This document shows, piece by piece, positions 8,029 to 17,061 of a DNA stretch of 64,000 nucleotides. A program made the position numbers and the translations under genes. The DNA is from Terriglobia bacterium. Lineage in GTDB: Bacteria > Acidobacteriota > Terriglobia > UBA7540. Under the pieces are notes generated by a model. The model was not told the origin of the DNA. It was given only the letters and a program-made list of their open reading frames with translations, and did no database searches. The stretch spans positions 2,781 through 66,780 of the forward strand of contig JASHTY010000350.1 of NCBI GenBank assembly GCA_030040315.1, given 5' to 3'. Numbering within the stretch: the first letter of the stretch is position 1; the number at the start of each line of letters is the position of its first letter.

Positions 8029-9621
8029 TCACTTCTCGCTCGCCACCAGTGTCAGGTCCGGCGCCTCCATCTTTTCGCGGCAATCGAGCAGCAGCCGAAT
8101 CGTAAAACTCGTACCGCGTCCAGGCTCGCTTTCGGCACGAATTGTTCCGGCGTGCTGGCGAATGATCTGCTCACAGATCGCCAAGCCCAGCCCCGCGCCT
8201 GTGCCGATGCGCTTGGTCGTAAACATGGGATCGAAAATGTGGGCAAGCGTTTCGCGCGCCATGCCCGCGCCGGTATCCGCCACGAGGACTTCCACATAAT
8301 TCGGCCCGTCCGCCGCCGGCGCTCGCAATTCGATCCGCAACTGCCCGCCCTGGGGCATGGCGTCGGAGCTGTTGTTGATCAGATTTAAGAAGACCTGGTG
8401 CAGGTATCCGGAATCACCGTAAATTTTCGGACAACCTTTGGCCATCTTCATCTGCACCTGAATCTTGCGGCTCTCCAGCAGCGGCGAGGAGAGCAGGACG
8501 GTGTCTTCCAAAATGTGCTGAAGGTCAACCTGCTCCAGTCGCAGATCGAATTTGCGCGTCCAGGAAAGCAACTGGCGCACTGTGCGGACGATGTTTTCCA
8601 CCTGCTTCTCGATTACCAGCAGGCGGCGCGCCGTGGATTCATCATTACTCTTGCGGCGCGCGAGCAGCTGCACGTGGCCGGAGATGGAATTCAGCGGCGT
8701 GCCGATTTCGTGCGCCAGGCTGGCGGCAAGTTGTCCGGCGACGGCCAAGCGCTCCGAGCGCGCAAGATTTTTCTGCGTTTCAAACAGCTCCTTATTGATG
8801 CCGCGCAGTTGTTCGTTGCGGTGCGCCAGCTCGCGGGTGGCTTCCTCCACCTTGCGGCCCATCTCATTGCTGAAATTCTCGATCCGACGCAGCATGCGGT
8901 TCAGGTGGGCGGCAAGCAAGCCGATTTCATCCAGGCTCTGCAGGCGCGCCCGCACGTCGAGCTGCCCCTTTTCCGCCGCCACCATCACCCGCATCATCTC
9001 CTTGATTGGCCGCCGCACGGCGCGCAGGAAGAAGAGGTGGATTACCAGGACCACCGCCGCGAAGCTCGCCAGCATCAGCAGCAGATTTTTCAGCACCAGA
9101 TCCCAGGTAACAGCGTTTAATCGCGAGCGCGAAACGTCAAGTATCAGGCAGCCGATAGGTTTGCCTTGCGAGATCAAGGTGGTGCTGATGATCCACATGC
9201 TGCGATTGTCGGTCTCAATGCTCTCCTGGTCTTCCTTTTCGGGTGGACGGTAGTACTCCTTGTAGGTCTCAACGTCGGGAAGGTTGTCGAGCTCCAGGTG
9301 CTGGCCTTTGGGATTGGTCGTGGCAACCAGATGGTGGTTGGGGGCGTGCACGAAAACATCCGCCTGGGTGATACCTGGCGAATCCTGCTGCAATTGGCGG
9401 AGCGCCTCAACCAGAACGTCGGGCTTGGCCAAGACTTCGGGAGCGGCAATCTGGTGAGCGGTCAGTTGCGCCTGAGCGAGCGCCTTCCGGTAAAGTTCGC
9501 CCTCTACGGGTTCAGAAATCGTCAGGAACGAAGCGATGATGGTGGAAACACCCAGCGCCACCATGACCGTGGCGGTGATAATGCCAATGATTTTAACTTG
9601 CAGGCTCAGGCGGTCAAACAT
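8029..9621 (-). CDS. sensor histidine kinase (periplasmic sensor, HAMP, HisKA, HATPase_c)
   Basis: It has the H-box SLAHEIGTPLNSISGHVQLL, N-box LNLINNSSDAM, and G-boxes DTGAGM and GTGAGLGLAI. Two TM segments flank a loop of about 150 aa. Confidence 0.9.
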   Translation of the reverse strand: MFDRLSLQVKIIGIITATVMVALGVSTIIASFLTISEPVEGELYRKALAQAQLTAHQIAAPEVLAKPDVLVEALRQLQQDSPGITQADVFVHAPNHHLVATTNPKGQHLELDNLPDVETYKEYYRPPEKEDQESIETDNRSMWIISTTLISQGKPIGCLILDVSRSRLNAVTWDLVLKNLLLMLASFAAVVLVIHLFFLRAVRRPIKEMMRVMVAAEKGQLDVRARLQSLDEIGLLAAHLNRMLRRIENFSNEMGRKVEEATRELAHRNEQLRGINKELFETQKNLARSERLAVAGQLAASLAHEIGTPLNSISGHVQLLARRKSNDESTARRLLVIEKQVENIVRTVRQLLSWTRKFDLRLEQVDLQHILEDTVLLSSPLLESRKIQVQMKMAKGCPKIYGDSGYLHQVFLNLINNSSDAMPQGGQLRIELRAPAADGPNYVEVLVADTGAGMARETLAHIFDPMFTTKRIGTGAGLGLAICEQIIRQHAGTIRAESEPGRGTSFTIRLLLDCREKMEAPDLTLVASEK

Positions 9622-10107
9622 GACACCTACTTATACTATTTTCAAACTACCACTACGCCCACAGGAAGGCAACCATCGCATCCGCCGGTCGCCGGTGTGG
9701 AAGACAAGATTGAGCAACGCTTTGCCCGCTGGAGGCGGCAATTTGGTCAAATTAAGAGCGGGGCGAGGCCCACGCGGGGGGCGTGGCTAGGGCACGGTGA
9801 AAGTGTACGGCCTACCTAAAATGAGGAGAGGACGACACGGCGGCGGGTCGGTATTCAGCGCAGATCCGGCCCGTGAAAAGTAATCTGCGTCGATCCCCGA
9901 AATCCGCAGTAATTATCCTCGGACTTACCAGGGAGGTCTGCGGAACCACATTCTCTCCATTGTGCCCTTGAGGGCCTCAGATAGACTCAGATTTGGCAAA
10001 TCGGACAGTCAAGAAGCAATCTGGTCAATCGGCGAGATCTTCGGCTGTGCCTTGTCCAAGTCCTCCGGAGCCACGATCGCAGGTGGAGATCAGTCAGCCG
10101 ACGGACA

Positions 10108-11151
10108 CTACAACTGCGCCTGCTGCACCGCGTCGGCGACCATGTGGTACAGCAGAAACACCGGCACTAGCACCAGGCCTGCGGCGAACATCCACCAATA
10201 GGATTCCAGCACGTACAATTTCTGCAATTCAGCAAGCATGTTGCCCCAGCTTGGCGCAGGCTCGCTTACGCCGAGGCCGAGGAATGAGAACGTCACTTCC
10301 GCCAGGACGTATTGTGGAATCAGCAGTGCTGCCTGGGTCAGAACCACTCCGTAGGTTTCAGGCAGAATGTGGCGGCGCAGCAGGTAGAAATTTGACGCTC
10401 CGAAGCTGCGCGCGGCCAGCACGTACTCGCGGTGCTTGGCGCTCAGCACCACCCCGCGCACCAGTCGCGACGGGCGCGCCCAGCCCGTCAGGCCGATCAC
10501 CCCCACCAGCAGGAAGAACGATTCCTGAGCGCCAACGTGCAGTGGCAGGAAGGCCCGCACCGCAAACAGCAGATAAATCCACGGCAGCGCCATGAAAATC
10601 TCCGCGCCGCGCATGATGACGGCGTCCGGCCACGAGCCGTAAAACCCCGAAACGCTTCCCAGCAGAATTCCCAGGCCCAGCGAGAGCACGGCGGCAAACA
10701 GTCCGGCAAATAGCGAGACTTGGCCGCCGTAAAGCAAGCGCGAAAGCTGGTCGCGGCCGTAATCGTCCGTGCCGAACAGAAAGATTTCGCCGGGTGAATC
10801 GACCCCGAAAAGGCGCAGATGATTGGTGCGCTGCGGCTCGCCGGAAGCGGCGCTCTGCGAATTACCATGGGTGGTGGTCGATTCCACGAAAAAGCGCAGC
10901 GGCAGCGCACGGCTGCGATCATCCTCATACGGCCCGGCGGCGGACGATTCCGAATGGTAGACTAGCGCGTAGACAAATGGCCGCAAGTGCAGATGCCCCT
11001 GAGCGTCCACCCAGTGCAGTAGCATGGGCGGAGCGAAGGCGAAATCGCGGTGCTGCTCCGCAGGGTCGTAAGGTGCAAAGAAGCGCGCGCCAAGCACCGC
11101 AAGGTGGATCAGCACCAGGCCCAGCAGCGCAAATTTAAGTTTCTTTTGCAT
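10108..11151 (-). CDS. ABC transporter permease, OppC/DppC type
   Basis: The LFGTDDYGRDQLSRLLYG motif is typical of DppC/OppC. There is a long loop after TM1. The ATG at 11151 lies 1 nt after the upstream stop (11153), so the longer ORF start at 11265 was rejected. Confidence 0.85.
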   Translation of the reverse strand: MQKKLKFALLGLVLIHLAVLGARFFAPYDPAEQHRDFAFAPPMLLHWVDAQGHLHLRPFVYALVYHSESSAAGPYEDDRSRALPLRFFVESTTTHGNSQSAASGEPQRTNHLRLFGVDSPGEIFLFGTDDYGRDQLSRLLYGGQVSLFAGLFAAVLSLGLGILLGSVSGFYGSWPDAVIMRGAEIFMALPWIYLLFAVRAFLPLHVGAQESFFLLVGVIGLTGWARPSRLVRGVVLSAKHREYVLAARSFGASNFYLLRRHILPETYGVVLTQAALLIPQYVLAEVTFSFLGLGVSEPAPSWGNMLAELQKLYVLESYWWMFAAGLVLVPVFLLYHMVADAVQQAQL

Positions 11152-11152
11152 C

Positions 11153-12115
11153 TCACTCCGCGCGAATTCGCGGGTCTGCCGCGTACAACAAGACATCCGC
11201 CACAAAATTCCCCGCCACCAAAAAAACTGCCGACAACAGCACGGCCGCGACCACCACGTACGCATCGCGCTCCAGAATCGCTTCCAGCAGCAGCGGGCCC
11301 AGGCCCGGCCAGCTCATCACCACTTCAATCAGCAGCGAGCCGCTCAGCAACGTTCCAAGCGACACACCGAAGAGCGAAATCAATGGATTCGCCGCGGCGG
11401 GCAGCGCATGGCGGAACAGCAGGCGCGCGCGCGGGATTCCGTGGCCACGCGCGGCCAGCAGGTAGGGCGAATCCAGCACGTCGAGCATCGCCGAGCGCAC
11501 ATGGCGCACGAGAATGGGCAGCACTCCCGCCGCCAGCGCCGCCGCCGGCAGGATGAGGTGCAGAACGAAATCCCGCACGCGCGCCGCGGGGCCCATCGCC
11601 TGCGCTGCGACAGACGCCATTCCACCTGTGGGGAACCATCCGGTCCGCAGCGCGAAGGCCAGCAGGCCAAGAGCGATCAGGACATCCGGCAAAGCCAGCA
11701 GCAACGTCGTTCCCGCGCTCGTGGCACGGTCAAGCGACGCGCCCCGGTGCGCTGCGGCCCAGACTCCCAGCGGAATCGCCACGAGCCAGGCGCCCGCCAT
11801 GGCAAGGAGTGAAAGAATAAGCGTATTCGAGGCGCGCGACCGCAGAAGCGGCCACACGGGAGTGTTGTAGGCAAACGAATAGCCCAGGTCGCCGCGCAGC
11901 GCCGAGCGCAGCCAGCGCAGATAGGTTACAGGCAGAGAGCGATTCAGACCGTAGGCATGCCGCAGGGCGGTGACGGTTTGGGGGGAAATCTGCGGGTTAA
12001 GGCGCATCCCGGCAAAGTAGTCGCCGGGAGCAAGTTTCAGGAGGGCAAAGGTAAGGATGGAAACGCCCAGCAGGACCAGAATCGCATGACCAAGCCGCCG
12101 GGCGAGATAGCTCAT
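11153..12115 (-). CDS. ABC transporter permease, OppB/DppB type
   Basis: The N-terminus MSYLARRLGHAILVLLGVSILTFALLKLAPGDYF is a classical DppB/OppB start. The ATG at 12115 overlaps the upstream stop by 4 nt. Confidence 0.85.
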   Translation of the reverse strand: MSYLARRLGHAILVLLGVSILTFALLKLAPGDYFAGMRLNPQISPQTVTALRHAYGLNRSLPVTYLRWLRSALRGDLGYSFAYNTPVWPLLRSRASNTLILSLLAMAGAWLVAIPLGVWAAAHRGASLDRATSAGTTLLLALPDVLIALGLLAFALRTGWFPTGGMASVAAQAMGPAARVRDFVLHLILPAAALAAGVLPILVRHVRSAMLDVLDSPYLLAARGHGIPRARLLFRHALPAAANPLISLFGVSLGTLLSGSLLIEVVMSWPGLGPLLLEAILERDAYVVVAAVLLSAVFLVAGNFVADVLLYAADPRIRAE

Positions 12116-12936
12116 GACGCTGGCCTGCTCCGCCACGCCCCGGCAGCCTGAAGCAGTGACTGCCCCTGTGGGCTGCGCGGGCCGGCAAACCACTCCCGGA
12201 CGGGCGCCGATTCCACGATGCGGCCCTGGTCCATGACGGCTATGTCGCTCGCCAGGCGCGCCACCAGGGTCAGGTCGTGCGAGATCCAAAGGTAGGTGAG
12301 CGCGCGGGCTCGCTGAATCTCCAGCAGCAGGTTGGCCATCTGCGCCTGGGTCGACAGGTCCAGGCCCGCCAGTGCTTCATCGAGGATCAAAATGCGCGGC
12401 TCAAGCACCAATGCCCGCGCCAAAGCCAGCCGCCGGCGCTGTCCGCCACTGAATTCCCCCGCCCGCCGGTTCGCCGCGTCAGCCTGTAACCCCAATGTTG
12501 TCATCAGGCCAATAGCCCGGTGGAGCCTCTCTCGTGTGGTTCCCCAATTGGAAATCAGCAGCGGCTCCGACACGATTTCCGCAGCGGTGAATCGGGGATT
12601 CGTGGACAATCCACAATCTTGGAAGATCATGTAGATCGGCCCCGATGCGTGGGCATTTTCGGAATAACCGCTTTGCCTGCCGGAAATCCAGACTTCGCCA
12701 CAATCGGGCCGTTCGATTCCCGCAAGGCATCGTGCCAACGTCGACTTCCCCGAACCCGAAGCTCCGATCAATGCCAGCGACGCACCCGCGTGGACTTGCA
12801 GGTCGATGCCGCGCAGCGGTTCGATGAGCAGGCGGCTCCTCCGCCAGCCTCTGCCACGCGAGTATCGCTTTTGGAGATTCACGACGCGCAAGAGCGGTTC
12901 CCGGCTTTCGGCCTGTGTCTGCGCCTGGTCATTCAT
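12112..12936 (-). CDS. ABC transporter ATP-binding protein, OppF/DppF type
   Basis: It has Walker A GASGSGKST, signature FSGGQRRRLALARAL, and Walker B ILDEALAGLD. The start at 12936 overlaps the upstream stop by 8 nt. Confidence 0.85.
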   Translation of the reverse strand: MNDQAQTQAESREPLLRVVNLQKRYSRGRGWRRSRLLIEPLRGIDLQVHAGASLALIGASGSGKSTLARCLAGIERPDCGEVWISGRQSGYSENAHASGPIYMIFQDCGLSTNPRFTAAEIVSEPLLISNWGTTRERLHRAIGLMTTLGLQADAANRRAGEFSGGQRRRLALARALVLEPRILILDEALAGLDLSTQAQMANLLLEIQRARALTYLWISHDLTLVARLASDIAVMDQGRIVESAPVREWFAGPRSPQGQSLLQAAGAWRSRPAS

Positions 12937-13903
12937 ATTTGATGCACCGGACGATCCTCGACTTCCCGGAGTGTGATTCCACCGGCTCCCGTGTTTGGCA
13001 AACTTCCATCCGGTCACTGCAACGCGGCGCAAAAGCGCAGCCCGCGGGTAACGCCGCGAGATTGGGCGGCTCGCCTGGAATTGAGCTCAGAGGGCCTGCG
13101 GGAGATTCCTGCGGCAACAAATCCAATCCGCTGTCTAACAATCCTTGTGTGTAGGGATGCAACGGAGCTTGCAGAACCTCAGGGGCCAGGCCCTGCTCAA
13201 CGATGCGACCCGCGTACATCACCATGATCCGATGAGCGATGGGAACGAGGACAGCGGGAGTGTGAGTAATCAAAATGAGTGCGAGATGAAAATGCTGTTG
13301 GAGGGTCTTCAGTAGAGTGATGATTTCCACTTGAACCAACGCGTCAAGCGCCGTGACGGGCTCATCGGCAATGACTAGCGCAGGCCCGCAGGCAATTGCC
13401 TGGGCGATTGCCACTCGCTGCTTCTGTCCGCCGCTTAATTGATGGGGAAAGGCCCGGTCAATTTGCTCATGGCCGGCAAATCCTATTTGAGCAAGAATTT
13501 TCCTCGCCTCCCCAGACGCTTGCCGGAAGCTTATGCGGCGATGGGCGATTAGAACTTCGGCAATTTGATCGCCGACGCGCAGCACGGGATTTAGCGCCAG
13601 GCCAGCGTCCTGATGGACAAAAGAGATCTCCGCCCCTCGAACCCTTTGCAGATCAGCCTCATGCAATTCGATAAGATTTGTGCCCTTGAAACGCACCTCA
13701 CCACACTGGACAAATCCTCCTCTGGGAAGCAGACCGAGTAGCGCCAAAGCCAGAGACGTCTTGCCACAGCCCGATTCGCCGATGATGCCCAACGTTTCGC
13801 CCGCTGCGAGGTCGAAGCTTGCGTTGTCGACAACGTGAGTTGGGGGCTCAGTTCCTTTACGGTAGCACACCCTCAAATCCCTCACTTCCAATAAACGATC
13901 CAT
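12929..13903 (-). CDS. ABC transporter ATP-binding protein, OppD/DppD type
   Basis: It has Walker A GESGCGKT, signature LSGGQKQRVAIA, Walker B IADEPVTALD, and a C-terminal oligopeptide-type extension (HPYTQGLL ... CAFAPRC). Confidence 0.88.
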   Translation of the reverse strand: MDRLLEVRDLRVCYRKGTEPPTHVVDNASFDLAAGETLGIIGESGCGKTSLALALLGLLPRGGFVQCGEVRFKGTNLIELHEADLQRVRGAEISFVHQDAGLALNPVLRVGDQIAEVLIAHRRISFRQASGEARKILAQIGFAGHEQIDRAFPHQLSGGQKQRVAIAQAIACGPALVIADEPVTALDALVQVEIITLLKTLQQHFHLALILITHTPAVLVPIAHRIMVMYAGRIVEQGLAPEVLQAPLHPYTQGLLDSGLDLLPQESPAGPLSSIPGEPPNLAALPAGCAFAPRCSDRMEVCQTREPVESHSGKSRIVRCIKYE

Positions 13904-14427
13904 ACCGCCTCAAGAATTGATCCTATGCGCTGCCGCTCTTGTTCTCCTAAATCGAGCGGCCCATGGCGAATCGCGAATTCGGCTTAATGCATCGGCTATC
14001 GAGTCTGCCCTCTTCCACCGTCAAAGGCGGTGTCCTTTGCCGGCGTGAGCTTTTGAAAGCAAAACCCGTGCAGAAAGAACAATCCCGTGGCAAAACATAT
14101 TATCCAAACTTCCCTGGAAGTTCATAGGTAGACTGAGCACGAATCGCGCGGGATTGACCCGCCGGGGCAATCATTGTCTCGCGCTGATGGTCTAATCTCC
14201 CGCAGCGTCGAGAAAACTCTTGAATCGTTTAAGGCTATGAATTTTTCGTTTGGGATTATTGCTGAAGCGGGGAGGTCGAATGCGTGGCAGGAGACGATGG
14301 GGCACAATCCGGTGGCATCCGCGTGAATAGATTCGTCAACCGAAATGGCGGCAAAATGCGGGGTGGAACTTCGCCGAATTCCCAAGGTAGGCAAGCAATG
14401 CGTGGAGCCAGGCAAGCGCTGAGGGTG

Positions 14428-14467
14428 GCAATCGATACCCCCGCCGCGTCAGTATCAGCAATCGATA
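14428..14467. repeat. two identical 10-mers GCAATCGATA spaced 30 bp apart in a non-coding spacer
   Basis: The copies are at 14428-14437 and 14458-14467. Each contains the palindrome ATCGAT. They lie in the 722-bp gap between the ATP-grasp gene and the ABC operon. Confidence 0.6.
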
Positions 14468-14625
14468 GAATTTTTTCAGCAGTTCGTCCGACCCGCCTTG
14501 CTCGTAGGTCAAGTTCTCACGCTCCGGATGATGCAGGCACGAGCGAATTTTTGCGAAAGAAATGCTGAATGCTGATACATATTTTTCGACATTAGAGTTG
14601 TGTGCTCCAATGCCTGGCGGAAAGA

Positions 14626-15849
14626 TCAGAATCCCCGCTTCACGACCAGATAAGGAATTAGCGCAATTTCCGCAATCCCGGGCATCGGGTCCTCACGGCT
14701 GAAAACTGCTTCGATGTCAACACCTCCCAGCGACCGTAGATAAGGCAGCAATCCATGCTGGCCACCAAGAATTCCATTGATACCCGCAGGCAGATCTGTG
14801 ACCAGCCTGATCCATTTAACTCCCACACGGCCGCGACTCTCTTCAATCGGTTCTCCTATCTGGTCGGAATAAAGCATTGAGGGGAAGTCTACTCCTGCTC
14901 CGGGACCAAGAGTGTGATATCCCCACGTACGCCCGTTGACATCCAGCAGTTTGTACTGCTGGCTACGCGGGTCAAGCTTGTATTCCAATTCCACAAGCCC
15001 GTAATAGTCGATGGCCCGCAGAAATCGCTGTGAAAGTTCCTCCAGGATTGGGATATCGACAGTTTCGACATAGGTGCTGGAGCGGCCAAATTCGAGCGGG
15101 TGTTGGCGGGCCCGCCGGACCACCATGCTCCCCACTGCCCTGCCCTGTTTGAAAAATGCACAATAGGCAAACTGCTGGCTTCCTCCACCGGGGATCAGCT
15201 CCTGGATCATGACCTCACCCGGCCCCACAAGCTTCGACGCCCGCTTAAAAACCACCTCCAGTTCCGCACGATTATCGGCGCGCCACGCCTTTGCCTTGGT
15301 GCTGTAGATAAAGTGTTCTTTGATAGCCGGCTTGATGACGTAGGGCGGGTCGGCATCGACGTGCTTGAGATCGTCCAAATCGTGGATGTACCACGTGGAT
15401 GGTGTAGGAATTTCCAATTCACTTGCGCGGCGATATGTATTGCGTTTGTCCCATACCCATTGTGTTGTTCCCCAGACAGGCGTGGGGACGCGGAAAAGCT
15501 CATTCAGGGTATCGCGATAGCGTGCAATCGCAGCCACCGTCTCGTCTCGAGTCGGGTAGAGCACCCAACCTTTCAAGTTCAACCGCCTGCCGATCTCCAT
15601 GATCCGGTCGACGGTCTGCTTTTGATCGCGGAGGCTGTCAACCAGCACATTGTAAGTTGTGTATTTTGAGAAACGAGCGATGGAGTGCTCGTCATCAACA
15701 ACACAAATGGGCACTTTTCGTCGTCCGAGACTTCGAACAATCCCCAAACCCTGATAGTCGCCGCCGACCACGACGGCACCAATAGTTTGGTTCAAGCTCC
15801 TCGGCAATACACGGGAGGTGACGGACAAGTTTTCTACAGCTGTGGACAT
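14626..15849 (-). CDS. ATP-grasp domain carboxylate-amine ligase (COG3919-like, D-aspartate-ligase family)
   Basis: The N-terminus is VVVGGDYQGLGIVRSLGRRKVPICVVD. The central ATP-grasp blocks are YVIKPAIKEH, VMIQELIPGG and LVELEYKLD...LLDVNGR. Confidence 0.8.
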   Translation of the reverse strand: MSTAVENLSVTSRVLPRSLNQTIGAVVVGGDYQGLGIVRSLGRRKVPICVVDDEHSIARFSKYTTYNVLVDSLRDQKQTVDRIMEIGRRLNLKGWVLYPTRDETVAAIARYRDTLNELFRVPTPVWGTTQWVWDKRNTYRRASELEIPTPSTWYIHDLDDLKHVDADPPYVIKPAIKEHFIYSTKAKAWRADNRAELEVVFKRASKLVGPGEVMIQELIPGGGSQQFAYCAFFKQGRAVGSMVVRRARQHPLEFGRSSTYVETVDIPILEELSQRFLRAIDYYGLVELEYKLDPRSQQYKLLDVNGRTWGYHTLGPGAGVDFPSMLYSDQIGEPIEESRGRVGVKWIRLVTDLPAGINGILGGQHGLLPYLRSLGGVDIEAVFSREDPMPGIAEIALIPYLVVKRGF

Positions 15850-15855
15850 ATGAAT

Positions 15856-17061
15856 CTACTGGGCCCGCGGCGCAATGGGCTCCCGCCCTGAAACGGAGCG
15901 GCACAGCGCGCGCGACACGTAGCGCGAGCCGGAAACAAACTGCATTAGGGGTCCAAAGCTCCAGGCGGCCGGTGCGCCAACGATATGCAGGCGCGGCACT
16001 GAAGTTTCAAGCCCTTCCTTCAGGATGGGGAATCCGTTTGAACGGCGAATTGCTCCAAGCAGCTCCGGCCCAAGGAAAGAATATTTTGAAACATCTATCT
16101 TGTAACCGGTACCCAGCAGAACATGATCCACCACACAGACCGAGCCATTACTGAGATGGACTTGCAGCTTCTCGCCAACAACGGAGACCGATGCTACAGA
16201 ACACTTCAGCCGGAGGGGAACATCCTTTAGCCGTGCCACCAACCAGCGAGCTCCCGCCGGCCGCGTGGCACGCTTCCGAAGCTTGTCCTGAAGAGTGCGC
16301 GGAAGCCCTCTGACGAAACGCGGACGCGCCAGAACCTGGCTGATGCCGGCTGGCCCAACGTCCGTCGGTGCATACAGCAAATGGCGAACGAACTTTCCCA
16401 TCCGATGGTGAAGGGCTTTGGAAACAAATCCCTGGAGCCAATTGATATGCGGGGCCCTGGTGACGACTTCCACTTCGGCGCCCGCCTCATGGAGCAGCGC
16501 CCCGGACTCGAGGGCGCTTTGCCCTCCTCCAATGACCAGAACCTTTTTGCCGGCAAATTTGGTGAAATCGCGATGGACCGACGAATGCGTGGCAAGCTCT
16601 GAAGGGAGGCCCTCAAATTCCGCCGGACGCCGGGCAAAGGAAGCGATGCCTGCGGCGACAATTACGCGCCGCGTGGCCAATGCCTCGCCATCAGCAAAGT
16701 GGACACGAAAACCAGCAGAGTCAGTTTCGACTCGCATAACGATCCGTCTTTCAACGTCCGGCACTGCCTGACTTTGATACCACAATCCGTACTGCACGAA
16801 ATCGTCGAGGGGTACGGGCAGCGAAAACCGGCGACCTGTAGCTGCCTGAAACGCCTCCAGGGTCAACCGCCCGTCGGGATCTGCGATCTGCGTTGCCGTC
16901 CAATTGGACCGGAGAAACATACCGGCCGGCATGTTCTGATTCCAGAATGACATCGGCTCGCCGAATACCCGCACTTCCAACCCCTTCACCGTGCGCAAAT
17001 GGCGAGCGACGGACAGGCCGTACGGACCGGCGCCAACTATCACAACGTCGCTGGTCATCAT
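15856..17061 (-). CDS. FAD/NAD(P)-binding flavoprotein, class B (N-hydroxylating/FMO-like) monooxygenase-like
   Basis: It has two dinucleotide folds (VVIVGAGPYGLS and VLVIGGGQSALESG) and an LLGTGYK motif. Its start overlaps the upstream stop by 4 nt (ATGA). Confidence 0.7.
   Translation of the reverse strand: MMTSDVVIVGAGPYGLSVARHLRTVKGLEVRVFGEPMSFWNQNMPAGMFLRSNWTATQIADPDGRLTLEAFQAATGRRFSLPVPLDDFVQYGLWYQSQAVPDVERRIVMRVETDSAGFRVHFADGEALATRRVIVAAGIASFARRPAEFEGLPSELATHSSVHRDFTKFAGKKVLVIGGGQSALESGALLHEAGAEVEVVTRAPHINWLQGFVSKALHHRMGKFVRHLLYAPTDVGPAGISQVLARPRFVRGLPRTLQDKLRKRATRPAGARWLVARLKDVPLRLKCSVASVSVVGEKLQVHLSNGSVCVVDHVLLGTGYKIDVSKYSFLGPELLGAIRRSNGFPILKEGLETSVPRLHIVGAPAAWSFGPLMQFVSGSRYVSRALCRSVSGREPIAPRAQ

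Noticed and set aside
8398-9253. 240- and 233-codon plus-strand ORFs inside the histidine kinase gene
   Set aside because: They are antisense to a gene with H, N and G boxes, and have shadow-ORF composition.
9768-9787. GC hairpin CCACGC-GGGGG-GCGTGG as a terminator in the 486-bp gap between the ABC operon and the kinase gene
   Set aside because: It has only a 6-bp stem and no adjacent T/A run on either strand. By eye it is indistinguishable from chance in GC-rich DNA.
14280-14335. Faint resemblance to a cobalamin-riboswitch core (…GGGGCACAATCCGGTGGCATCCGCG…) on the plus strand
   Set aside because: There is no recognisable B12 box. The plus-strand orientation points into the 3' end of a convergent gene, so there is nothing for it to regulate. 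A covariance-model scan would be needed to revive it.
14391-14411. Sigma-54-like promoter TGGCTC-N6-TTGC on the minus strand upstream of the ABC operon (also TGGCAC at 742-747 upstream of DUF1501)
   Set aside because: The GG-to-GC spacing is one nucleotide too long at 14391-14411, and -24/-12 promoters are strict about spacing. No TTGC follows the TGGCAC at 742 at the correct distance.
14122-14568. Track ORFs of 97 (minus) and 94 (plus) codons in the 722-bp spacer
   Set aside because: They mutually overlap, lack motifs and ribosome-binding sites, and have Arg/Ser/Gly-rich compositions. They are treated as non-coding unless conservation shows otherwise.
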